Shown: positions 11,244 to 24,174, counted from the whole stretch's first letter. The stretch is DNA of 58,959 bases, filler included, from Sphacelaria rigidula (GCA_964200075.2; 10 parts of 10 records of this genome joined end to end with filler, not necessarily neighbours in it); one strand, 5' to 3'. A program made the numbers and translations. Notes: generated by a model not told the origin, from the sequence alone.

Positions 11244-11638
11244 CTGTGATTTTTTGGCGGATGCAAACAAGAACGTTGAGGGTCATTTTAATGCGGTTTC
11301 GAAAAAAAAAGAAGGAAGATGTAATTAATTTTGATTCAATTCAGTACCGTACGTGCAGTACGATAAATTCGTTGAGGTGACTCAGAACAAAATGCATGCT
11401 CCAACCCAATACGGTCTATCGCGGGCGCCCTATCCGTGCTTTAGCCGTGAAGGCAGTCTATGCTCATGGATATATAGAGTGTGGAGTACCCACAAGCTGC
11501 TGAGTTCTAAATAAATTGGGCCTGTCGGGGGGGATGACCTTTCGTGAATGTCGCCTAGGAAATCGGAAATTGCGGGATCCAAGAAGCGTCGGGAACGTGA
11601 TTTCCACACGATATTTTATTTTCAGTTGTCGTTGCGCC

Positions 11639-11675
<37 letters not shown>

Positions 11676-11812
11676 GGGGGAAAAAAAAAAAAAAAGGAAA
11701 AAAAAAAAAAAANNNNNNNNNNNNNNNNNNNNNNNNNNNNNNNNNNNNNNNNNNNNTTAATTAATTAANNNNNNNNNNNNNNNNNNNNNNNNNNNNNNNN
11801 NNNNNNNNNNNN

Positions 11813-12035
11813 ACCCTTGGACCGCGGTGCCGGTAGTCCGTCTGGACCCCGTGTACTTTTTTCAAGTGAATATTGATGCCGAGTCAGCAGGTGACCTACT
11901 CTCGCGGTCTAACGGCTAACTCCTCCTGCGGAGTTTTTTGGGGGGAAGATACTTTCGCTCTGTGTTACTGTGTCGTATCTTCCCTGCAATGGAGAAATGC
12001 TACTTCAACTTCATTTTTTGTTCCAACCCCATTTT
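11813..12035. mobile_element. piggyBac-type element end (A|CCCTTGGACCGCGG...), at contig start
   Basis: Reverse-complement homolog of 3705-3931, which shows the TTAA flank. Confidence 0.7.
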
Positions 12036-12476
12036 CGAGAATTCACTGTTGAGCAACGAGCGAAGAGCTTATGTGAATCTATCGATGGGGCTATCAAAAC
12101 CACCACCACGAAAAAGAAACTGAATCGCTTCTGGAGCTGTGATCACTGTCCTGTGTTGGACGTATTCCCTCTTGCTATGCTTTTGCGGGTTGATTCCGGA
12201 ACACGGTAAGACAATACAGTACGGATCTCTGGACCATACTCGGTACGCCAGCATGTGATAAAGGTCGCCATGACAGCAAATTAATGAATTCAGTGCACGA
12301 GCAGATGGTGTACTTGGGGCATGTTCCGGCATAATCAACATGGTATATGAGTCATCACGTATTTGCATGCGCATGAAATGGCTCAACTGAATTTGTGTTC
12401 GAGACCACGAGACATATCGCCTTTCTGCAAGCCAGTTGCGATGCCTAATGCCGAGAACCCCACCACTATACGGTCG

Positions 12477-12619
12477 GTTTGTAACATGGTGCTTCCATAA
12501 CCGGGACTTTTGTGTCGACGGTTGTCATCCGTGATGTATTGATCACTCCTCTTGCGATTTTCCGAAATGTGTTTTTTCAACGAAGCATCAGCCAGCTTGA
12601 TGTTTCGGTCCCCATATAA
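12477..12619. repeat. Interspersed repeat shared with 57091-57200
   Basis: gtttgta.catgg.gcttc...accgggact...ctcttgcgattttccgaaatgt...tttcggtccccatata present in both contigs. Confidence 0.75.
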
Positions 12620-12834
12620 CAGGGGATTCTATACGATGAGATTCATCAATGAAATGGGGTTTGAAGACCCTAGCCGTTGAATATCAAAAAGCCCTCAAGA
12701 GTATCGCACGACGGCGCTTATGTGTAATTTTGGGGAGGTGTAGAAAATGCGTCCGTGGTTGCACATGCCGCCCATCCTTGGTTAGCTGCGGGCGACGGAC
12801 GGCGTCAAACTCCACCATGGTCAGAAGAAAAAGC

Positions 12835-12975
12835 GGGAACCATGTCAACAATTTGTCCATGGGAGAGCGATTGATTGTCCATGATGTTCTCACTGTGGTG
12901 CCTCGAGCCCGTGTCCAGCAAAAACTTTACGACCTCAAGCTGATCGTCACTGACGGGCATGAAGAGAGAAGTAGC
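12835..12975 (-). pseudogene. Degenerate ankyrin-repeat fragment
   Basis: Minus frame reads ATSLFMPVSDDQLEVVKFLLDTGS...HGQIVDM, similar to the ankyrin consensus TPL..A...G.LEVVKFLL..GA; frame broken upstream. Confidence 0.45.
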
Positions 12976-13372
12976 TTTTCAATATCCCGGAGACGAGCAC
13001 ATACCAAGTCAGGATATAAAAATGGGATATCATGGAATATTGTGACAACGCCTTCTAGAGAAGGCAATGATATCTAATATCCGTGCGGATTTTACCAGGT
13101 TCGAGCATACATGCCGCTGCAATGGTGAACGCTCGACACAGCAACAGCCCTACGGCGGGCGATAGTGTGGGAGGAACTCTTGGCAGGAAATAGATCAACC
13201 TCGTCACGGGTGCATGGGCCCTTGATTATTCTGGTCGCACTCCAACAGATCACCTAGGGATCCACCCGAGCAACCCGAGGCCTCACGTGCTGAATCACAA
13301 CATCACGACGATAGTCGAAGCCCCCGATCTTCCGCGACTGATGCGATGAGGAAAAGACAGGAATGCTACACA

Positions 13373-16300
13373 TCAACCCCTGGCCCTCTTCTCCATTGTA
13401 TCCAATCCTGGCTTGGAAACCCTGTCACCAACATTTAGCTTCTCGCACGAAGCGAAAACCAACTCTGCTTGCATCCACTCTACGTCCGGCACTAGCTTTC
13501 GCCTCTTGCTCTTACTGCCCATTGTACACCCTTCACTATTTCCCACTGTCTTGTAATCTGCTGTGATTTTTCCTTTGCCGTATTCGCCGATGTTGTAGCC
13601 AGAAGCGTTGTTTCGAATGGCGGAGGTGGCCGGCGACCACCAGCGCACCTGAGCTTCTGCTTCGCCGTCGGCCCCCTCGCGCTTGTCCGTGACCCTACCC
13701 ACCAAAAACGGAGCTTTGTCACCGAGAAAGAAAACAAAATGTCCCTTGCCGAACGAGGGAACATACCCTGCTGGATGGCCATCCCCGTCGCCCCCGCTAC
13801 CTAGCACTAAGTTATTGACACCACCTTTTCCCGGATCATCAACGACAGGCGGCTTCCGCCCCCCCACAGACCCCTCGACTACATCAACATCCCCAATTGC
13901 CCCCGCTCTCTCTTCCCGTGACCCTTCAGATGACTGCACGCCATTACGCTTGGACCAATGACACGAAAAGGTTCCACGGTACTCAGCCTTTCGCGGCCAG
14001 AAGTCGGTGGAACGTCGCCATGTCGTCCTTGATGGCCTGCTGTTTGTCGAAATCTGCGCGTTGCACGGGAGGGTGGAGGCAGTGTATCTAAGGTTCTCAG
14101 GGCTCGGATGCGCTCCTGCGGTGGGGAAAATGATATGAGAAATAAGGGTGAGAAACTTGGACCCGCCGTCCGCAGCGGAAACAAAATAAATAGAGTACAC
14201 AGCGATCAGGATACGGTGTCGCCACTTGGGGTGCTTGAGGGTGCAACGCACCGAGGGGGTAGAGGGCAGCTAGCCGACTGTGGACGGCGTTGTAGCGAGC
14301 CAGTATGTTTTCTCGCTGTGCGGCATCCACCTCCTTCAGGTCGAATGGAGGTGCACACCCCAGATCTGCAACACCGATGTGGAAGAGCGGGTGAGGGGCT
14401 CCCTCCTAGATCCCGGCGGCCGTCTTTCCCGTGAAGACTGTAGCATGCATGTGCTTCTGCCGACGGTCACCTGCTCCATCCCCGCTGGGCGGAACAGGAC
14501 TGAGTCACGCCACGAATGGGCAGCACACGGCCACCTTCACCGACAGCTCCTTTGAAGTTGCCGAGGGAGCGAAGAGTGGTGGTGAACACCTCCAGTGCCT
14601 TGTATGCCTTGCGAAAAGCTTCCGCCTGCTGCCTTCTCGTGAAGAGGCAAACTCCCTTGCAGTGAATGGGAATCCTGGTGAAAAATTCCAATGCTTTTGT
14701 CGTCGGTTCTTGCTGTATACATCTAGATTTCTTCTCATCGCCACCTCGCTGTGCACATAAAACATATCCCTGAATATGCCAGTACGAGATCAGACCGGTT
14801 TGTTCGACCCATGTTATTATGGTATTTAGGAGCGTAAGCACGTGTGCTGTGGATCACCGTGGATTCACGTCCAGTCCACCTACGGCGCTTCGAAAGCGCA
14901 TATATCTGGACACCGTGTCGGCGTGGAATATCGTTGGCGGAGGCGGTATTTCATCTGCTCTTGGGGTTTTGCCCACCGCGTCTGTGGAGGCAACGCATGA
15001 CGTGTGCGACCCGTGTCAACAACAGCAGAGGTACTCGTGCAGTGAGAGATCTCGTCTGAAACAAATACGACAACATGAACGAAAAAAATATACCCAAAAT
15101 ATGGCTGGAGTATTGAGTGATGGGTGCGGTTTCACGCCTGCAGTATAACAGTAGAACGCGAACGATTTCGTTTATCCCTTCCAGTGCGGTGGGGATGGTG
15201 TCTCCTTGCCCCCCATCGTATTCGCGGATAGATTACAAGATAGTTTGACGTGGTCACGGGGAGGAACAGCGGGGTCGCGGGTAGATGGTGTAACCATCAC
15301 CGGGTCTTCTGAGGGGTGGGTCCGTTCGTGAACTGGAAAAATCAACGTGTTGGATGGATTCACTACGGTTCGTATAAGGAACGACCATTTTTTCCCGTGA
15401 CATACACCTGCATGATTTCCTCCACTCGTCGCTGTTGTCTGCAAGGATAATCCCGACGCACCTCGAAAAGACCTGGTCTATCATGATGTGGGTATGTCCC
15501 ACCATCCTGAAATTAATCTCCGCGCGGCCGATTGTCCCACGGGCCACAAGACATTCGAGGTATCCCAGCACGATATGATTATTTTTCTCCCCCACACAGT
15601 TGTCGAGTTGCAGATACAGCTCATCGATGTAAGCTGGTGTGTCGCCGGTGCAGTGCAAGTCGAATAATCGGGTAAGCTCGAGGTGGATTGAAGTGAAAAT
15701 AAGATTGCTCCCTGCTCAGCGGCGAGCAACGACGGCGTCAGCGCGCGAAAGTCAGTATTCTCGGGGGTTGCTAGCTACGAGGAATGCCGTAACAACTCAT
15801 CCTTTGCTTGCGGTCGGGATACGAAAAAGCCTCCCGAGCAGATTGCTCGGATAAGAAAGCAAGACAGCCGAGTGGCTTAGGTCCCCCGCGGTGCGCAAGT
15901 CATCGCGGGCGGTGTCTGGATCACTAATGCCGTGTGTGCGTGCACATCGCGTGGGAGAGCAGGGGCTCACCTCCTCCGATTGTGAGGGGAGACAGGAAGA
16001 ATTCCACGAACTGGCCTTCCACAAGTACTGCCATAACGTTTTGGCGCTCCGCGTATCCCTTGCCAGACGTGGCGATCGCCAACAACCACGAGCAGAAGTC
16101 ATATGCACCACTAAAGCAACATGAATGGATATTCAGGGCATCAGTTACTCACGTACCTGTTATGGCGTCCCGGCTCATGACAGACACCCTCGAAGGATGA
16201 TAAGTAACTCTGTATATACCTTGACACCTCCTGCGGTCTCGGAAGAGACAAATATCCGAATACCGTATTCGCAGCAAAACGGTCGTGAAGAAAACACATG

Positions 16301-17618
16301 AGAACATTCGTCACACTTCATACAGGATATTTGCACCAAAACGCAGCATATTCCGGACAGGATAGGCTGAATTTTGGCAGGAAAGGGAGGGGGGCGCAGA
16401 AAAGGAGAGGGCGCACGTTGAGCACGGCAAAGACATAAACAAAGGGGTGGATATAACAAATATATAGACCTGTCGACTCAAGCTATTGGCCGCGCCGTAG
16501 AGGCATACATACAAGCGTTTTTGTAGTCTGCGCACACACGCACACTTAAAGATACATTTACACACATGTACTGTCAGGTTCGAGCTCCAATAACTCCGTG
16601 TGTCGCTGTCAACGTGGCAGCCAAGGACGATCACAGCCGTATCAGAAGCGGGTATGTGCGGTGCTAATGAGGGGGGGGAGTAACCACGTGATTTTGTTTT
16701 TGAGGTATCGACGGTGAGGGGCGCGTGTTTGCTATAACTAGTGATGTCCTCGGTCATCCAAATAGGACGAGCTGTCGCCACCTGGTTCTTGCAGTTTGGA
16801 CTGCTTGATCAGAGTGGTGTTCCGATAGCGGTAGCACTTTCGGGGCCGAATCCCGTGCGGTTCAGGTGCTCCTGAAGATCCTAGATGCTCAAGAATATGG
16901 TTCTGGGCACCTCCGTTTGCAAATTCATTTGGGACATCCACAGTACGTCTATTTTAAAACTCGTGTTGAGAACGTCATAAAGGGCTCCTAAACAAGTCTA
17001 ATCTGATACCGTGTTTGTGCACCCCTATCGCGGCATCGCTTATCATATTGTGGGGAGAAACCGTTTCCTTACTGAGCGAAGGAGAAACGTATCCAACGGT
17101 ATGTGGTGGCTGATACTCGAGATGATATGTACGTTCCTGTGGATGAATCGTGTTGTGGCCCGCGGTGTAGGTGCAAGCCCGAAACACTACATGTATATGT
17201 CAACCGCACCGCCGAAACGTATATGAGGGTGTGGAAAACGCAACATACTGTGTGGTGCCCTTGTGTTTTTCGAGATGAGGGGCAGAGAATGAAGGTATAA
17301 GGAATCGTCCAATTCTAGGGGCCGAAGAAAAGCGAGGGAAAATGTGAAGCGAGGGGGGGCGCAGACAATGACATAATGGTGTAGAACACACGTATACGAC
17401 GTGGAAATGTGCAGGGAAACATCATCGCATCAGACTGAAATACAAAGGGGGGGGGGATCATGCTTCGTTACCCGTGCTGTCGCGATAACCACTCTCTCAC
17501 CTGTCTGTGCCGTGTGTCAACGGCGAGCACATCGGTAACGCGAATGCCGTTTGGGCTGCTGCGTCTGCTTGCATGGACACGTACTTGAGTGGTTCCATGT
17601 TCGCCTTTGCTCTAATGG
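13373..17618 (-). pseudogene. Intron-containing DDD-type transposase-like gene (DUF7869/Sola-like), decayed, 5' end beyond contig
   Basis: Exons 17501-17618 (YVSMQADAAAQTAFALP), 15971-16059 (GYAERQNVMAVLVEG..FFL..IGG) and 15462-15711 (SNLIFTSIHL..LYLQLDNCVGEKNNHIVLGYL..LV.RG..FRMVGHTHIMIDQVFSR) join in phase. The 16059 acceptor reads CAA. Middle exons (~14200-14910) are frameshifted; the last exon (~13373-14039) is open. Confidence 0.75.
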
Positions 17619-17718
17619 NNNNNNNNNNNNNNNNNNNNNNNNNNNNNNNNNNNNNNNNNNNNTTAATTAATTAANNNNNNNNNNNNNNNNNNNNNNNNNN
17701 NNNNNNNNNNNNNNNNNN

Positions 17719-17827
17719 AGAGTCGCTCTCCACTGTTGAGCACGGAAGAAAAAATCCCAGATCGCTCCGAGAATCGAACCCCACAACTCAACCACCAGAA
17801 GGTTACGAGGTTACCAACTGAGCCACA
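17719..17827 (-). mobile_element. tRNA-derived SINE, 5' head, cut by contig start
   Basis: Reverse complement has A box TGGCTCAGTTGG and B box GGTTCGATTCT; matches the 34154 and 40663 copies. Confidence 0.85.
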
Positions 17828-19268
17828 GTATGAAACCAATATTTCGTGAACCCTTGGTTGCCAAGGCAAATTCCGCGGAAGCCTGTCCGGTGATTTTGTC
17901 GAACCCTGGGATCCCGAGACCCTTATAATCAAAAATCGTACCGCCATCTCACTGGTGACAACATTGTCAAGGGGTGATGTGACTTGACGGACCCTTGCGG
18001 GAATGCTTCTCTTTTAAACACAATACTTCACTCAAGTTATAAGTTTTACCACATATTGTACAAAAACAATACATGTCTCATGCACGGTGCTCCGCTACTT
18101 CCCGCGGCGTAGCCGCCCTGCCTTCTTGTCTCGTTCCAAAACTACGCACAGCACCACAGAAGAGAATGTCACGGCCAATTTACGCCGAAAAACGTATATT
18201 TCTTCAGTCCTTGCACCCGCGGAGCCTGTGGAAATCGCTCAGAAAGTACGGGCTAGGGTACGGATGCAGCGCTTCAGGTACTCAAGACTACCGAGCATTC
18301 CGGGAGCGGATACCCCAGGTACCTCAGGTACCTCGGGGGGCTCGGTGATGCAAGCGCCCCGGAAAGCCAGGGTAACGTGGGACCCAGTACCGCCTTGCCT
18401 TCAACACCTCCGGAATCTTCCCCTCGGAGTGAGGTACTTGATTGTCTCAGTGCGCAAATACGGCACGTTGGGGTCCAAGAAGATGGCATGAGCTTCATGG
18501 CGGCTGAAGTATTCATTATGACATGTATTCCCGAGCCGAAAGGAGTGAGTCGTCGATAAGAGTAACACCATAAACCACTCGAACCTCCGGGGTCCCTTGC
18601 ACGCAATAACACCGCGGCGGCAACTTCCCCTACATGGCCTCGAGATGTCACAGCTCCCCTTGACGTCCTCCCCTCACGTTTCCCACGAACCTATCCTCGT
18701 TGCACGCATCACACACATCAAGCTCTCGCTGAGCCTCGCCGCGGTCGACGAGGCCCCCACAAACAACCACAGAAGCAAACCAGCGCAACCAGCAGTGAAA
18801 TGAAGCCCGTGACCCGCCCTTGCCCGAGGGAAGCACGAGGTACTCAAGAAACACGCCGACTCATCAAGAATCCTATGGTAACATGGTGACCAGAACGATG
18901 CTTGCTCCGGTGCACAACACGGCGACTTTCGTTCACAGGAAACACAATTCAAATCCAAATCCACCACTTAGAGTACTCACGCATTTTACTTACGAACAGC
19001 GAAGAATATACGGTCATAAGTCAGAGGACCGAAGCAATGAGCGAAACAAGAATCCAACACGTTAACATCATCGTCGAACTAGCCTGTTTTACTATTTGGC
19101 ATCACGCGTATAGATCGTTCTTGCCCGCATCATGTTTCCCTTCATTTCGCCATCCATGTAGCGGCAATGATCCAAACCCCGTACATCCCAACCTATGACA
19201 AAAATGGCTCAACTCTAATACCCTACATGATTTTGGGCTCGGGAAATCATTTGAAATCAACCCGACGG

Positions 19269-19506
19269 CTACTGGCCCCCACTCGAACCATCCTCAATGG
19301 CCAGCTTCCCGCCGCCACTACCGCTGCCGTCGCTACCCGTGATCGGAATCTTGAAGCGGCTGCTGGGGGGAAGCGAGGCACGCTTGGGGAAGGTCAGGCG
19401 CAGCACACCATCGCTGTAGTCTGCACTGCCTTTTGAAACGTCCGCGTGCTGGGGAAGTCTGATGGAGCGGGAGGCCTTGCCGTAAGACCGCTCGAAATAG
19501 TGAAAT
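19269..19506 (-). CDS. HSP20: Small heat-shock protein (alpha-crystallin domain), last exon
   Basis: FHYFERSYGKASRSIRLPQHADVSKGSADYSDGVLRLTFPK...FKIPI; CAG acceptor; phase 2 matches previous exon; TAG at 19269-19271. Confidence 0.93.
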
Positions 19507-20417
19507 CTGGTGGACAGAACGGTGGGGGGGGGAGGGGGGGGGTTGGAAGGTGGGGGTGACCAAGCAGGTAAAGCATGGGTTGGGGGGGAGGGATGGGGGC
19601 GTGTACTCATGATCTTGCATGTCGCGGCCACAAGACTGTTGGCCTCGCTTCACTACAACGCCGAAACGGAGCGGCTTTAGCACGACATGTATTTCGTAGT
19701 CTTCACTCCCTGATACATGGAAGCATGCATATTCATTGAATCAAACAACCGTTATTTTGCACCTCTGTTCAGTTGCCGTTCCGGGGTCATTCTACAGTAT
19801 CTGACTCTCAATTACTTCACTTTCTCTACTTCCTTGTGACCTCTTGGCTGCGAAGTATTTTCGTGTTTTTTTGCAGGGCATTTTCTCGTACGCTTGCCCG
19901 AAACCACAGACGGTCACTTGCACCGAGTGTATCATAGATTACGTCGTGTATCAACCCCTTGGCTCCTGACCTCGATTTTCTCACACATAAACGACGCCCC
20001 CCGCACATTCCAATGTTAATTACACTCAAGAAGGTCTCGTTGATGATCCTCCACGGACAGACACAAATTGTATGGGAGATGCTTGTCTTCAGATAGACGA
20101 CAACAACAACAACAGTGGAGCGAAGTTTCAGCAGTCCATCACTTTTGTTGAACTCTTTTTTTCTTTCACGTCCTGGTCTACCATGTCGTTCTGTTGGACG
20201 TTTTTCTGCTCTCCTTTTCCTTGAGCGAGTGTTCCATTTTTTCTTTTCTTGGGCACGTCTCTCATGCGACCACGGCTGGACCCACGGGTTGTCAGCTCAA
20301 GTGCGACAATTATATGAAGAAATCATTAATCGCTCGGGGATGATGAACAACCGTACCCCAAGGTACAGCGACTCAAAGTGTCATCATCGCAGTCTAGAGG
20401 GGAGGGCTAAAACTCAC

Positions 20418-20616
20418 TTCCGTTGTCCGTCTTCTCCGTCTTCTTTTTCCTCGCGCTCTTGCTTCCTCTCGCCGGAAACAGTGAGCACGTTAGTGTCGTT
20501 ATCCACATCCACGGTGATGTCTTCCTTCCTCATCCCGGGGAGGTCCGTAACTACCTCGAATCCAGTGTCGGTTTCTTGAGCATCCATTCTCATGCCGAAG
20601 CCACCACGGCTACTTG
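20418..20616 (-). CDS. HSP20: Small heat-shock protein, internal exon
   Basis: MRMDAQETDTGFEVVTDLPGMRKEDITVDVD..NVLTVSGERKQE; CAG acceptor and GTGAGT donor; phases 1 and 2 consistent with neighbours. Confidence 0.93.
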
Positions 20617-20810
20617 CTGTGCCGAGACGCGAAAGCAAAGAACAAATACGATACATTTTAATGTTATTTGTTTGAACGCTGGATGGGTGTTGACTGGTTC
20701 TTGTCTACGTATACATGTTTCATGTGGAACCCAAAGTAGTGTGAGAAGGACCGGCGGCTGTTGGCGTGGGGTAGAGAGGATTGAAAATTACCCCCCGCCC
20801 CCCCACGCCC

Positions 20811-21381
20811 TGCAACCGGTAGTAAGAAACATGGTAGAACTAAGGAGAAAAGGAACGCTCAGACGCAGAATAGACGAGGAAGAACACCTGAAGGTACACG
20901 GGGGGTTGAGAGAGGGGATAGGGATGACAACATATCTGCATGGCCCAATAAACTGCGCACAACAATTGGAAGTGCGATTTCGGGCAGGGGACATGGATCT
21001 GTTAGAAAGAAGAGATTTACCAGTAGTCGAGAGGAGGAGGAAGATGATACGCAGAATTGCCTCTGTGGCGAAGCAATAGAGAGCAGAAGTCATATAGTGG
21101 CAGAATGTGAATTGAACGAGGAGGAACGGGACGTGCTACAGGGGAAAATGCGGGACGTGAACGAAGGTGGCATGAAATCGTTTGATGCATTGGACAGTAG
21201 CGGGAAACCGTGGCTGTACCAGGAGATCCCGATGACCACGGACGGCGAAACAGGATGGGGATAAAATATGTAAACGGTTCCTGTGTGATGTATGGAAGAA
21301 ACGTAGCGAGCATGCACCTAAATGTTGGAGGTGTCTCGATTAGGAGTAGGAACGGTGCTCCGTCTCGCAAGGGATGCGTGG
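20811..21381 (+). mobile_element. 3' fragment of the poly(C)-associated LINE family, inside an HSP20 intron
   Basis: Homologous to the reverse complement of ~6660-7250 (HLKVHGGLREGIGMTTYLHGP..RFRAG); preceded by a C-rich tract at 20791-20810. Confidence 0.88.
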
Positions 21382-22341
21382 AACAGCGTGATTCATTTGA
21401 TCATAATCCAGCCCCGCATTGGTGACGGGCGTGATCAACTGCTGCATTGGACACCGACGACACGACGACATCAGGGTTCAACACATTCAATGCTGAAGTA
21501 CTCGAGAACAAGGGCGATACACGCTACTGCCCCTGCGGTTTGTCTGAGCAAGATGCTCTACACGGTACATAGGGAGCCAGTACGACTCAGTGCGAGTTAC
21601 CAAGGAAACGGTTCGAGAACCAGCAGTGTACGGTACTACGAACAGGAGCGAGTACGGTTCAGTGCAAGTTACCGAAGGCAACGGTTCGGGGGAATCAGCA
21701 CTGTGGCCAGCGTGTTTCAGCCGAGCCAGAGCGGCTATATAGCTCCATATTTCAAGTCCCTTGGTTGGGTTTCAGGCCTGAGGTTCAAAAAGAAGGCTCA
21801 AATGGAAGGTTACAGAACAGGAGAAGTTCGATGGATATCGTGTTCGCGCAACCGCGAACCCTACCTGAACCACTTATAACCTGGCACCTACCGAACTAGG
21901 CCAAGGCTCATCCCGAGTGCCCAGCAGTAGTATTTGAGACGTATGTTGTAAAACAAGTGGGATGTGGGGAAAGAGGACTGAAAGGGAACTTTGAGAGATT
22001 GGAAAAGGGAAAGCATCACACACCCTCGACGTACACCAACGACACATTTTCTAGGTGAAGTCACACCACCAGCTACCCGCTGGTGTGAGATAATACCGAA
22101 CAAGGATGCTGCTACGCTACCGCGCGTTCGTAGAGTGTACGGCGCGGAACGATCAACACTAGCACGCTGGGTCCGTGGTTGCGTTTCGGAACAGTTACGG
22201 CAAAAACTGCCGCCCTTTTTTCATGAGATATTGCACACTGACTGACGAGAGAACGAATGGGTTCCGGAAGATGTCTCGCTACTGTTGTTGTAAAATAATT
22301 CAGCTTGACTGCACTATACGCGACCGACAGACCACACTCAC

Positions 22342-22445
22342 CTCCGGCAAAGTTGGGGAACAAACTGAGGGGCGACCGGGCGAAGCCCATGCCAAACGGC
22401 TCAAAGCTCCGTTCAAACGAGTCGAACATATCGTTCATTGCGCGC
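22342..22445 (-). CDS. HSP20: Small heat-shock protein, N-terminal region exon (any upstream exon not identified)
   Basis: RAMNDMFDSFERSFEPFGMGFARSPLSLFPNFAG; CAG acceptor and GTGAGT donor; phase 1 joins the 20616 exon. Confidence 0.8.
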
Positions 22446-22566
22446 CTGCACACGAGGCATCCACCAACGGATAGAGAACAGATTTGGGGGGCAGTTAGAG
22501 CCAGCTGGCGCAGCAATTGACTGAAGGATCTCAACCAAAGGGGAGGGAGGGGGGTGAGGGGCTAGG

Positions 22567-23034
22567 CCAACTCTAATAGGAGCCGTTCGAAATTCCTGTC
22601 GAAAACTGCCTTCTGGACCTTTCCCCATCGATTTACGCCCGAAAAGAGGGCTAGGCGGATGTTGACGCCTTGGGATGACTTGCTCTACTTGTCGAGACCG
22701 TTCTAGGGTAACTTTGCATTTCCCGCTGGCCGCACTTTTGTTTTTGGCCAAATGAAGCCAAACACAGATTTTTAGTAAAAAGCGCCCAGTTGATCGAAAT
22801 TTCCCTCTGTTTTATAGGCGCTTCACCGTTTTTTGTTGAAAACCCGTGTTCGGACAAAAATGAAAGTACGGCAAGCGGGAAATGCAAAGTTGCCCTGGAA
22901 CGGCCTCAATGAGTAGAGCAAGTCATTTCAAGGCGTCAACATCCGCCTGGCCCTCTGTTCAGGCGTAAAACGACGGAGACGGGTCAAAAAGACAGTTTTG
23001 AACAAATGTTTTGAAATGCTCCCAGTAGAGTCGC
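22567..23034. mobile_element. Foldback MITE with ~190-bp inverted arms; related half copies at ~25720-25900 and ~28890-29060
   Basis: ggcggatgttgacgccttgggatgacttgctctact..actttgcatttcccgct mirrored by agcgggaaatgcaaagt..agtagagcaagtcatttcaaggcgtcaacatccgcc. Confidence 0.85.
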
Positions 23035-23735
23035 TCTTATTAAACGTGTGGATCCTTGTAATCTAAATTCTGGGTGACTGGAATAAAAATTCATATGAAA
23101 ACATACACAATAGTACCATCACTGGAAACTAAAGGGAGAGCCAGCGCTTGAGAGAGAGCAAGCACTTGAGAGAGAGCTATCACTCTCGACTGAGATCGTG
23201 TCGTAAAACACACGTGGCGACGAAACGATGAGAGGTGGCACCTAACTAAGTGGAACCCCGGTGCGCCGTGCGAAACCCGTACCTGAAGAGTTCGTTTCAA
23301 AACTTTCGACAACGTGTTGATTCATTGCATGAACATCGTTCTCATTCAAGTATAGTAAACTGCTGTGCATACTCGTTCTCGATGCAGGAACATGCATGTA
23401 ATGGTAACAACAATTGCAAGGGTCGGATAAATAATGAGTCGTCTGGAAATGACTTGGTTTTAGTATCATTGATTCGAATCGTACGAATGAATCCCTAGGC
23501 TTTGTTTTCAGCGTTGCAACCGAGNNNNNNNNNNNNNNNNNNNNNNNNNNNNNNNNNNNNNNNNNNNNTTAATTAATTAANNNNNNNNNNNNNNNNNNNN
23601 NNNNNNNNNNNNNNNNNNNNNNNNTTTTTCTCCCTTTTAGGCAATAAGACCGAAGAAATCGTGAATTTGGTGATTCTTCGTCGTGATTCTTCGTCCTAAC
23701 CGTGATTCATTGTGCGTACTGGCGCAGATCTTTAC

Positions 23736-23834
23736 CTTATCGCAGACGGCTTCTACGGTGTCTCTCGCTCGAGCCTGCACGCGCCTAACGGACCCATCCG
23801 TCATCCGGACACGGACCGTCAGCTTCACAACCAT
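23736..23834 (-). CDS. First exon of a protein with an N-terminal ubiquitin-like fold (NPL4-like N-terminus)
   Basis: ATG at 23832-23834; MVVKLTVRVRMTDGSVRRVQARARDTVEAVCDK; AAG|GTAAAG donor. Confidence 0.65.
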
Positions 23835-24174
23835 CGGCAGCGGAAAAAGAACGAATCATCGGCGAGGGGGCGAGGGGGACGCGGAGGGGGGGGCGCAACC
23901 ACGGAGAGGGAACGAACGCATCGAGAGGACGCGATTGTTGAGGGGGAAACGACCTTCGATACGGAATTATGAGCGGCGAACAGGAAGCGAGCTCAGTCCA
24001 CGCCGCGGCGGGGAGCATGCATATCGCCGGTCGCTCCGATCGACGGCGCGGTTCAGATGTGAGCAACGCATGTCTTGCGTGAAAAACCGGCAACGTTCGT
24101 TTGTAAATGTCACACGTGGCACCACAATATTCTGGTGTCACTGCGTCCTTGGTCGGTTCGTCAGTTGTCTATAT

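Noticed and set aside
23280..23312. Heat-shock element upstream of HSP20
   Set aside because: GAA/TTC units are present but not in correct three-unit nGAAnnTTCnnGAAn spacing; the transcription start is unknown.
22445..23834. Ubiquitin-like exon spliced to HSP20 as a fusion gene
   Set aside because: It crosses an artificial spacer, and the splice phases are incompatible (0 versus 2).
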